The position numbers and the translations under genes were made by a program. Shown here one piece after another: positions 49,001-61,000 of a DNA stretch of 64,000 nt. The notes under the pieces were generated by a model. It had not been told where the DNA came from. It searched no databases and saw only the letters and a list, made by a program, of their open reading frames with translations. Origin of the DNA: Macrostomum hystrix (taxonomy: Eukaryota; Animalia; Platyhelminthes); contig CATNEN010000009.1 of assembly GCA_950097015.1 (NCBI GenBank), positions 1,488,001 through 1,552,000 on the forward strand. The letters run 5' to 3'. Within the stretch, counting starts at the first letter, position 1; each line of letters begins with the position of its first letter.

Positions 49001-52000
49001 AGAGGAATAGAGTTTAAAATGAGAGGAATAGAGTTTAGAATGAGAGGAATAGAGTTTAAAATGAAAGGAATAGAGTTTAAAATGAGAGGAATAGAGTTTA
49101 GAATGAGAGGAATAGAGTTTAGAATGAGAGGAATAGAGTTTAGAATGAGAGGAATAGAGTTTAAAATGAGAGGAATAGAGTTTAAAATGAGAGGAATAGA
49201 GTTTAGAATGGGAGTAATAGAGTTTAGAATGAGAGGAATAGAGTTTAAAATGAGCGGAATAGAGTTTAAAATGAGAGGAATAGAGTTTAAAATGAGAGGA
49301 ATAGAGTTTAAAATGAGAGGAATAGAGTTTAGAATGAGAGGAATAGAGTTTAGAATGAGAGGAATAGAGTTTAAAATGAGAGGAATAGAGTTTAGAATGA
49401 GAGGAATAGAGTTTAGAATGAGAGGAATAGAGTTTAAAATGAGCGGAATAGAGTTTAAAATGAGAGGAATAGAGTTTAGAATGAGAGGAATAGAGTTTAG
49501 AATGAGAGGAATAGAGTTTAGAATGAGAGGAATAGAGTTTAGAATGGGAGTAATAGAGTTTAAAATGAGAGGAACAGAGTTTATCTGTGACTGAGATGAG
49601 AATGGTTGATACACGATGCGATGAGAAGATAGCCATGCAGAGTATATTGTGGGAGTTATTTTCGGTCGCCAGCAGACCGGGCAGCCAAGACCTAATGCAT
49701 AAAAAAGTTTATTTTTTCAATCATAAATTTTACAATTGCTGACAGACATTGGCGCCTGCCGGCATATTGGGATATTGTATCTTGGAATATGGGATTGTGA
49801 GATCAAAAGTCTGATAAGCATGTTGGGAATGGTTCCATAGACTGTACAATCCCATATGCCTCGCATCGATACATGAGTAGGCCGGGTCATACGCTGAGTT
49901 GCTCAATAATTCAGCTGGCAAAATGGCTTCAGCTCAGAGGCTGAGAAGGCTGATCAATGCTGAGGAGCTCCATCGCCAACTTGAAGATGCATTTCAATAA
50001 TTAACTTATTTATTTTTTGCTGGGAAAATAAAGCGTTAGAATTTGGGCATCCGACCCATCAACTCGGCGCACTTTATTAGCGGAAGCAAATCAGATTCAC
50101 ACCTCACCTGTCCTCAGTTCTATTGCCTGTCTGTCAGTCTGTCCGAATCATTTCACCCGGCCCAAGCCCCAAGTGTGAACTAATAAAAGCGAATGCTTTG
50201 TTCCCAGGTGTGGCCTAACTATTGTGCTCTCCAAAAACCCGCCGCCGGCCGCCACCAAGAGTTTTTTTGTCTCGCTGTGGCACAGGAAGCGGGGGCGGCC
50301 GGCTGTGTACACACCATCGCGACTAAATAGTAAAACTGGGGATTTCGTTTAGGGAAAAGGGAGTTATTTGTCTCCACTGTCCAGGTGTGCCCATAGCAGC
50401 TGCATCGTCAGAAGTTTCACACCTTCAGCCAGCGGCTTAGACAACAAAGATTCCCAGTCCTGTCCGGTCTTTGTTTTTTGTCACCATTATTTTCATTTTT
50501 ACAAGGTGGGAACAAAGTAGTTTTGATGGGGATAAATCGTGGGAAACTTAAATGGAATTTTTTTCGTCCCGAGCCCGAATGGGATTGTTTACAACAGAAG
50601 CTGCGTGCCTAGGCTATCGCACAAAGATCTTAGCCACGCACAAAGACCTGCCACTTGTAGTTCAGTCCCCAGTCTGTTTAATTTTCCTATCGCTGAATTC
50701 ATCAGCAACTTCAAAGTAAAACTTTCAAGTGTCCATGTGGAATCTCATGAGGCCCTTCAGCTCAGTCCAGAGCAGGTGTTGCCCAATAGTTTAAAAAAAC
50801 CAGCTCGCGAGCAATGCGCTTATCACAATGCAACATCTCATCGTAACTCGAACTCCCGGAATTTGGAACAGGGCGAATTCACCAAGCAGCTGGTGCTGCA
50901 GTACAAGCGGGCCGATTCAGAGGACTACAGAAACTACAGCCTTGTCACCCTGCAGGACGGCCGGTGGCATTCCACATCGGTGAGTTCTGCTGAATGCTGA
51001 CTGACCTACCAATCGGCTGACTCACCTACCAATCTGCTAACTCACCTACCAATCTGCTGACTCACCTGCCAATCTGCTAACTCACCTACCAATCTGCTGA
51101 CTCACCTACCAAATCTGCTAACTCACCTACCAATCTGCTAACTCACCTACCAATCTGCTAACTCACCTACCAATCTGCTGACTCACCTACCAAATCTGCT
51201 AACTCACCTACCTATCTGCTGACTCACCTACCAAATCTGCTAACTCACCTACCTATCTGCTGACTCACCTACCAAATCTGCTAACTCACCTACCTATCTA
51301 CTGCCACCTCTAATTATCTACCTCCATTGTCCGGCCAGCACTTGCAGCACTGGGTCAGCAATTTGCCACTAAAAGCATCAAAATATTCTCGTCCCGCTTG
51401 CACGCCTGGCTCCCTGTCACGCCTGGATCTCGCTCCGGAAAAATTGCCTTGAGAAGGTTTTTGAGAAGGATTTCAGCATCGGATGCGGAGGCGGCGTTTA
51501 ATAAATTTGAGTCGAGAATTATCGCTCAGACTGATCCCAGATCCGCCACGTCTTGTCCCTCAAAAAAGATATTGTATGCCGCTTCCCATAATGAGCCATT
51601 CAGAAGGAAGGTCCCTGGTGCCCTCCAGAGCTGTGAGCAGCTCATGCCTGGCCCGCCATTATCCTCCCTTCTCACTCTCCGTCAGTTTGAGCATTGTGAC
51701 GTAATCGACTGCTTGCTTTTTTTCTGCGAGGCCTCGCAAGAAGGACTGCACGCAGCGCAGCGGGTTCGCGAATGGCTGCTATCAGTGGCCTGAGCTGGTC
51801 CCGCAAGCAGTCACTCCCCGGGCCTCCTTATCACCAACTGAAAGCACATAGTGGAATTGTTTGCTGTCGTTTCCTTTTTAGTCCTACTCTGCCTGGGATC
51901 ATAAAACCGAGGCTGCAGAGGCAATAACAACTTGGGGGGGATAGCGCCGGCTAGTTGCTGTGCCACTAAAATCCCCTTTTCCCTGAGTGGTATTGTCGTA

Positions 52001-55000
52001 AAATGATTCAGCAGGGTTTGCCACTGAATAAGCATTTTAGGCGTAGATTTTGTGCAACCAAAGCAAGCAAGTGCAGCTAGATTGAAATCAACATGCCATT
52101 GAAAAAATTCATTGCGAGCCTAAAAACTAGAGAGCGTCTATCGAACTAGAGAATATCTATCGATCTAGAGAATGTCTTCAGATATTCAGTATCTCTAGGA
52201 ATCAAAAGAATATGTGGACGTCTTAAGAATGTCATTAGATATCTATCTTATGGTGGATATGATCTATATCTGATCTATATTCTCTGTGTCTAAGGAATGT
52301 CTATGGGTAGAAAGGAATGTCTATGGGTCTAAAGAATGTCTGTGGATCTAAGGAATGCTATGGGTCTAAGGAATGTCTATGGGTCTAAGGAATGTCTATG
52401 GGTCTAAGGAATGTCTATGGGTGTAAGGAATGTCTATGGGTCTAAGGGATGTCTATGGGTCTAAGGAATGTCTGTAGATCTAAGGAACATCTGTGGGTCT
52501 AAGGAATGTCTATGGGTCTAAGGAATGTCTATGGGTCTAAGGAATGTCTATGGGTGTAAGGAATGTCTATGGGTCTAAGGGATGTCTATGGGTCTAAGGG
52601 ATGTCTATGGGTCTAAGGAATATCTGTAGGTCTAAGGAACGTCTGTGGATCTATAGATTTCTATCTAAAGTGTGGATCTATAGTGTCTATAGATGTAAAT
52701 AATTTCTAATCACCAGAAGAATGTGTTGGGAAAAAAAGTAAACCCGGTTGCAGCTGTCAAAACTGGCCCTCCCCAATGCTCCCAGCTGATCAAGGGCAAC
52801 TCGGACCTGAAGGACAAGCGCAACTACGTCAGCCTGCGACCGCCGCTGGTGGCCAACCAAATTCGCATCTTCCCGGTGAACCCGGACCCCAGTGAGGTGA
52901 ACGTCTGCCTGAAGTTCGAGCTGTTCGGCTGCCCCACCTACCAGGGCGTCACCGCCTACTCCGCCCCAGTCGGCCACGGCGAATTCGCCGACAAATTCTA
53001 TGACGGCAGAGTCGGGCGCGACGGCCGAATGACCGGCGGCCTCGGCCAGCTGACGGACTACATCACCACCGAGACCGGCGACACCGACTCCATCTTTGTT
53101 GGCTGGGACGCCAGGCGGCTCACGGCGGGCCGCTTCGTTGACTTGGAGTTCGAATTCGACCAGGTGCGCCTGTTCAACTCGCTGACCATCGACGTCAGCA
53201 ACGACTTACACGGCCGTGACGCGCTGCCGTTCAGCCTGGCGAACGTCAGCTTCAGCATTGGCGGCCAGCTGTTCAACCGGTGGCTATCAACCCGGATGCG
53301 CCCCACGAAGGACGGCCGGCCGGTGCACCAGATCTTCCTGCTGCTGCAGAAGCACGTTGGGCGCTTCGTGAAGCTGCGGCTGCACTTCGACTCCGGCGCC
53401 AACTGGCTGCTGATCTCAGAGCTGCACTTTGAGTCCAGTGAGTTTGAGTCAGGGATGCTGGAAACATCAGATGCTGGAAACCTCAGATGCTGGAAACCTC
53501 AAATGCTGGAAACCTGGAATGCTGGAAACCTGGGATGCTGGAAACCTGGAATGCTGGAAACCTCAGATGCTGGAAACTCAGATGCTAGAAACCTGGGATG
53601 CTGGAAACCTCAGATGCTGGAAACCTGGGATGCTGGTAACCTGGAATGCTGGAAACTCAGATGCTGGAAACCTGGAATGCTGGAAACCTCAGATGCTGGA
53701 AACCTCAGATGCTGGAAACCTGGGATGCTGGAAACCTGAAATGCTGGAAACCTCAGATGCTGGAAACCTGGGATGCTGGAAACTCATATGCTGGAAACCT
53801 GGGATGCTGGAAACTCATATGCTGGTAACCTGGAATGCTGGAAACTCAGATGCTAGAAACCTGGGATGCTGGAAACCTCAGATGCTGGAAACCTCAGATG
53901 CTGGAATCCTGGGATGCTGGAAACAATACTCTCAGGTAAACTTTGAACATAAAGAAAATTTTATTTAGCGAAATTAGAAAATCACAACTGCATAAAACCG
54001 GGACGATCCTTTGATCCTGGGAACTTTAAATCGTTCTCCTAAATCGATCCGCAAGTTCATCTCAAATCGATCTTCGATTCAAAACACAGTTTTCTCCGAA
54101 ACCGAACACTGCCATCGATCAATTTCATGGTGACAGGAAATCAATGTCCGTGGGTCGGCAGCTCCCATTATCTTTCATTTTTGTCGGTGGCGAATTTATC
54201 AGGGATCCGATTTCAGATCGGAACAGGGCTGGGGGAAGGTCGGACCCGCCTCGGGCCGCTCCCAAAGTTTCTTTTTATCCCAGATGCCTTGGATAAGGCG
54301 TGGGTTTCGATTGAATTCTGCGGCTTCCATTAACTCCCACCAGTTGGTTTTTTTATTCCTTGTCCAAACTTCCATGTTGCTTCCAAGGCAATCAAGAAAG
54401 TTAGGATCGGCATTCATTTTTGTGGGATAAAAATCCCCTATAGGGATGAGGAACCGGAAGGAATGCCCCCAAGGGATGCACAAAGGCGGGATCCGGGTGG
54501 AAGACACTTTGCCAGCCGTGCCTTATCTGGCTTATCTGGGCGGCGACATCCAACCAGCGGTTCATTCCCAGCTTCCAGACAGCTGAGCTGCTAGCAGACT
54601 CGGCCCACAATGCCCCCAGATCCTCTTGTCAGTCGCATCACGGCAGGGGAATCACGGCTCGCTGCCAGAGATCGATAAACTCCTTGGGCGCCCCGCTCGC
54701 ACCGGAAAGAGCGGCGGGCGGACTTTGGGACCCAACAGAGCCGCTGGAACCGAAACGCGAACTGAATAGGTCTGAAAATTGGGCCAAAAAAGCAAGCAGA
54801 CTGCAGCCAGACTGGTTCCCAGGCCAGCCTGACATTGGGTTCTGCTTCATTTCAGTGGTCGCAAAATTCTCACAACTCTTGCCATTCGCACGGGCTGCAG
54901 AATTTCATTTTTTCAACTTTATCACCCGACTGCGAATCGCGGAGCTCCTCGGAGTTCGATCGAGGTCAGGACCTCCGTCTTCGATCTCGAGACCCCAGGT

Positions 55001-58000
55001 AGGCGGGTGGAGAGAGCCGCTGAGAGCTCTGAAACAAAGGAAAAGCAAATTTTTCATCAAGAAATGAAGAGGGCGAGAGGATTGCCAAGGCTCTCACCCA
55101 GGCCTCTCATTCACAATGCAGCTGTCGGTTCACCGCCCACCTGACCCCAACCTGTGGAGCAGCGGCCACTCCCTCCCAGCTTTGCTTTGAGAGAGGAAGC
55201 TTGCAGAAATCAATAATTCCATTCTGCCGAGAGCCACACACGGAGGCCACGGCTGACTCACAATCAGCTTCTTGTGCCGACAAAGCTTTCTCACAGCCTG
55301 CTGCACCTCATATTCCGATCTCGCGTGGATGCAGAACTGTTTCTGCGGTTGCGGAGGCGGTGAAAGCGATTGTGGACCGGCTGTCTGGCCACCCCGGGCC
55401 CGCCCGCCTGTCGCAGACCTGTTTTGACAGTTGGCATTTGCTTTGGCTCGGACCAGCGGCTGAACTGTCTCAATGCGGCCTGACTTGACTTTGTCACCCG
55501 ATCAACGAAAACGCCCAATTTCTGTGCTTTCGTTTCCTGGCTTTTTCTGATCTGCGCCGCAGCGAAGGCGCCCAAAGAAAGCAAGCAGTTCCTCGGATAA
55601 ACACTTGCGGCAGTGACTCACCTCAGCGCTGCCGGTTCAGACAAAAGCCGATACTTTCCTCAGTGACCGCCGACTAATTGAAGACGTCAGCAAGAAAACT
55701 CGCTTTCACTCCAAGCGGAATACGCGACCGACTGTACCAGAAAACTCTTCATCGCGCAAGAATTCATTTCTGCGCAAACCGTGACTCACTTTTCCGAGGT
55801 CTCTCAGAGTCGCAGAAGTTGCTGAATAGAAAGCTTTAATTTCGCACCTCGCTGCAGCCCGATCGCTGCCTCGAATCGGCAAAGACACTTCACTTGGCGC
55901 ACTCTGAAACTAATTTTATTTAGCAAGGAATTTTTTTATTGCAGAAATAAAACTTCTCAGAGTTTTTGTTGGCACCGACGCCACGTTTGAAGCTCCCCAG
56001 CCGGCCGGAAGTGTCCGCGCTGCAGCATTGTGAAATATTCACGACTGGCAACCAGTGGGGTCGGGTGGGAGTTATTGACGCGAGTCCGGAGCTGACCCCG
56101 CTCTGTCCTGTGCACTTGGACTCTGCGAAAAACTGGACGCAATTTCGGCGCCACTTCGAGCTTGACAGCTGCGGGCCGGGGGCTCGCCGCAGATTTCTCA
56201 CTGCGGCCTTTCATTTCACACTCTCTCGTCTCTCCCGCCTGTTGGTGGCTTATAAGGACTCTCTCCATCTCGCCCTGTCCTGTATTTTATTTTGGATGAA
56301 TTTTCCCGGCCCTACAAACGCGGGAGACACAGCGAGACGAACGGCGGAGGCTTTTATCGTCTGACAAGGCCGGCCGCGGGCTGCAGATAAAGCAGCTCAG
56401 AAGTGGCCTGCCCCGGTACTTTGTTTGCAGTCCTCTCACTCCGCTGATGAATGAGTTTGGGAGGCCGGGAAGGAGTAGGAAAAAGTGCCGCGAGGTCACG
56501 GCGATGATGAACAGGGAGTGGCGATTCAGAGACAGGCTGGGGAGCTGCAGTTATTGGGGAAAATTTTCCTTGTCGACGAGGAGTTGAGCATAAACATTGG
56601 GAATTGAGATGCAATTCGGTGCAGAGGTGAGACGGCAAGAAAGTCGAGCATGGCATGAGCTCAGCTCAGAGGCTCGCATGAGAACCGGAAAGATGAGCTG
56701 CTTCCATGCGGAGCCATAAATTCTCATGATATTTCAGCCAGATCGATTGAGTGACACTCGGAACGACTTCAACCCCATCCTCAGAGCTGAGCAGGCTGGG
56801 TCTGTCAGCAATTACTCCTGCACTGGAGGCAGACCAACTGGGGACCAATGAGAGGCCTTTCAAACGGTCTTCAGGTGCGAGGCAGGGCTCTTAGAGCCGA
56901 TGCATCGATCGCACAGCAGGCAACGCTCGCTAGAGCTCAGGGTGCTCTCATTATTAGAAATCCTCAAATTAAATAATCCCCCAAATGGTGAGCAAGTTGC
57001 AGATTTCACACCGAGCAGCGCTTTAAGGCGCCCTCCACGGTCTTTAGAAAAAGTTAGTGGGAATTGAATGAGGCATGCGGCCGGCACCTGGGCTGGTTCC
57101 CAAATCCCCAAGATATGCGACCTCCTCTTCCACTCATCCCACTCTCCAGCACCCCCGCATCGCCCCTTGAAATCCCGAAGCTCAGTTTAAGGGGCTGAAA
57201 TGCTGAATGAACACCCGCCCCCTTTTAGCTGTAAGTTTTGTTTGATTCTCTACTGTGCTTCATCGATAGAGAGGATATTTATCCCATAGCCGTTCGCTTC
57301 CCAAAGTGGTCCGGCACTCAGTGGGCGAGGCTCTTAGTTTATAATACACAAACAGAACACGGCCGTAATGAGTCAGCCGCCAAGACAGGCGCCCTGCGTC
57401 CCCTCCAACCCAGGGAGATTAGGGAGCGAAGGACCGCCGGAGTCGTCACGTTGCAGTTTATTAAAAAAGGACTGGGGCATTGTCTGCACAGGGAAGTCAG
57501 CCGGCTCGCATTCCAGTCCTTATGATTGTAATTCTGCAAAGTCAACAAAAGCAGACGGGGCTTCTGTCCGTGAAGGCAGAGAGAGCTGGCGTCCGGATGA
57601 CTAATGCGGACAGCGGGTCGCATCGCCCGCGAAATTGAAACACTCGGCGGGCTGGGCGGGCTGCGCGCACCTTTTAATTTGCGGCCTTGGCAACCCCGCG
57701 GCAACAAGTGCAGCCCGAGAGGTCAGGGCGGGCTGGCGGTGGCCGATCTCTCAGCATTCCACACGCGAGACCTCCAGATCCCAATCTATAATAGACCCGG
57801 GCGATGCACGCCACTCTCGCCCAGCGAGACCTCCGTGACCTGACCCCGGCTTGCCGCATTTGATAGAAAATGTGCCAACTTTGATTACTGTTCAGTGTCA
57901 CCTGACAGGACTGTGCTGCCAGACAGAACTCTCCCAGTTCACATTTCTGTGTATTTGATTTGCCATGGTTAAATTAATTTCACCGGCGGCCCATCGCGCG

Positions 58001-61000
58001 GCCCAGCTCAGCGCGGAGGTTGGGGTGGGTGAGCGAGAATCGCAAAGCAGTCGTCGGCCCAGGGCGGCTGACATCAAACACCTGAATATTCTGCGGGATG
58101 CTTTGTTATCTAGCGGAGTAATTAACTAATTACCGGTATCATCCCTAATTCTAATTTCTCTAAAGGTGTGCAGCCCAGGTGTGGCAGTGAGGCAATGCCC
58201 AGCTATTCCAGTTTCAGTTTGTGCGCGAAGCCAATTTAAGAGGCGTGGGGTGGGTGGGGGCGGTCACAGCTGGGCTAGCAGATGCGGCCCGTCATTTCCC
58301 TTGTTGAATTTCACTAGCCTTGCTACGGCCAGTTTAAGGGGCAGAGCACAATTTCCAACTCCTTTAAGTTGGGAACGCTTGGCTTTACTGAAGACTAAAA
58401 AGCCCATAAGCGGACAGGTGCTTTCCAAGCGCCGGCATTTGGGTCACTCTTGGAGTCTGTGAATGTGCCTGTGGACGGGTAGAATGCCTGTTGAAAAGCT
58501 TCATTAATTTGAATCGAATCTCCACTCGCAGGCATTGTGACCGTGCCGCCGCCTCCGGAGTCGGTGGAGCCGCAGCCAAATCCGCCGCCACCCCAGCAGC
58601 CGCCGCCGCAGCCTGGCAACGAGGGCACCGTGATCGCTGGCAGAGGCGACCTTCGATGGCGCGTGACAGCGGACCCGCCAGCTGCCACGGGCTGGGGCGG
58701 GGAGGCCTCGAGGGAGCACGTGGAGCTACGCGGCGCCGGCGTCGGTGTCGGCGGCAGCGGCGCCGCGAATGGCCAGCGAGACAACGAGCTCACGTATATC
58801 GTCATCATTGTCTCCAGCCTCCTGGGCGCGATGCTGCTGATGCTGACGGTCGGGCTTCTCTGCCTGCGGCGCCGGCGGCTGCTGCGCAAGAAGGCTGGCG
58901 ACAGCGTCGGCCGCTGCATCTCCATGCAGACGCACCTGAAAGGTGCGGAAGCCACACCCATCCACCTGGACTTCGCCAGCGGCCGTCCATCCATTCTGGG
59001 TGGCGGCGGCGGTGGAGGTGGAGTCAACGGCGCATTTGTCGGCATCAACTGCGGCGCTTTTAACGGCGGTAGCGGCGGTGGCGGCAGCATCGGCGGCGGC
59101 AGCAAGAGCCTCAGCGTCTACAACAGCCTGCCGGAGTCAGACGATGACTCTGACGACAGCATGGCCGACTCGGTGCGCATCGTCGGCTGCGGCCAGGCGG
59201 GATTGGCGGGCGCCCAGGAGGAGCCGCTGATCGCCGGCGGGGCGCGGGAGTACGCCTCCGCCACTCTCAGCATGCTGTACAGCCCGAAGGGGCACTACTC
59301 GGCGTCGGCCGCAGCCGCCTCGCCCTATAGCCGGACGCGGATCACCACCAACCCGCTGGCCGAGCTGACCCCGGTGGCGCGGGCGCGACTGTCGCAGCAG
59401 CCGGTCGGCTTCTCGCCGCACCGGGGCCCGCAGCCCGGCGGCTACCCAAGCCCGCTGCCGATGCCTCCGCCTGGCGGCCTGCTGGTGGGGCTGCCGATGG
59501 CCACGCCACCGCCGGTGCCCCGATTCCCGTCGGATCTCAACATTCAGGGTGAGCTCAGGGCGGTGGATTCAATGTTGTGAGGGCCAGAGTTCGAATCCTG
59601 TTTTAAGCAGAATATTCCCAATTCGGCCAGCTGTTGTTATTCAAGCCTGGATGCCTTTTAAAAATCAAATTTCATGCTTTCAAGTGATTAAGGACGGCTA
59701 ATGCACTGCGGCGATATGGCCAACGCATTGTCGAACGGTTGGCCCTCATTTTCTAGAGCCCCAGTCGATAAACGGCTATTTATTTTCTTTAATCGAGGAC
59801 CAACGCTTCAGGCGGCTGATTTATTGAACGCAGTCGCCCGCGCGAAAGCAAAAGCGAAGCTTGCGCAACCCAAATATCGATCGCAATCTTCTCCGCTGTT
59901 AAATGCCGCGCGAGAGACATTGTGCGGCCGGGACTTGTGAGGTGGGGTTTGGGCAGATAGGCGGAACGGCTCTCATAAACACGACAATTTCACACGCAAA
60001 CACTTGCGTAATCGCTTTCAAAGGCCGGCCTAGGGCCGACAATCTCTCTGTCTGCGGTGGCGACCCCAGCACGGAAACCAAAATGTCGAATATAGGCCCC
60101 AGTGTGTGTGGAGGGTGGGCAGAGATTCGACTTAAATAAACACTGAACCTCGCAGCAGTGGAGCTGTTGAGAGGCAAGCTTACACAAGGAGAAGTTGAGA
60201 CATTTTCAATGACTGCAGGGGTCAGCCTGAGGGCGCTCAAATAGTTTCGCAATAGAGGTCAGGGAAGAGTAAGGGTGTCACTTTTATTAAGTCTTTTTGC
60301 TGCCTTGAGTCCATTCCTGGGAATTATGCGATGAAAGCATATTTAATCTCTCTTTGGATTATATTTGATTTTAGATTGGCAAAGAATGGCGCTTCTATGC
60401 GTATATTACTACTACTTTTCCAAGTCAGTAGTCAGTTATCGTTGATCGCAAATCGCATAGGTCTAAAAATAGAAGCAAACAGGCATCCCCAAGTCGGATT
60501 CTCCCTTCCTATCCCTCAGGCTGCTCAGGCAACACAGTGTACGCCTGCCCGGCCCATCTGCAGTCGGCCGATTCGTCGACTCAGGACGACCTCGCCGGCT
60601 TGGAGGTGCCAGCGGCCTCCGTCAGCCTCAAGGACCGACTCGGCGGCGGCCAGTTCGGCGAGGTCCGCCTAGCCGAATGGCGCCCGCCCGGCTCGCCGGA
60701 GTCCGCGCCGCCGCTGCTGGTGGCGGTGAAGACGCTGCGCCGCGACGCCGGCCCGCAGGCCAGGCAGGACTTCCGGCGCGAGATCCGCCTGCTCACCCGC
60801 CTGAGCGACCCGAACGTGGTCCGCGTGCTAGGCGTGGTCACGCGGGACCCGAAGGCGCCCCAGTGCGTTCTGGTGGAGTACATGCGCTACGGCGACCTGC
60901 ACCAGCTGCTGCGGCACCGGGTGCACCCCGCGGCCATGGAGGAGCCAGGACTGTCCTACGGCTGCCTCATTTACCTGGCCGGCCAGGTGGCTAGTGGGAT

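Noticed and set aside
46997-49636. 723-879 aa ORFs on both strands
   Set aside because: A stop-free 21-bp tandem unit inside a DDR intron.
53968-58500. Many short ORFs in DDR intron 5 (also 41100-45300) as a nested gene
   Set aside because: No consistent strand, splice chain or domain motif; probably unique non-coding or regulatory DNA.
59585-59600. B-box-like GAGTTCGAATCC
   Set aside because: No A-box or SINE body nearby.
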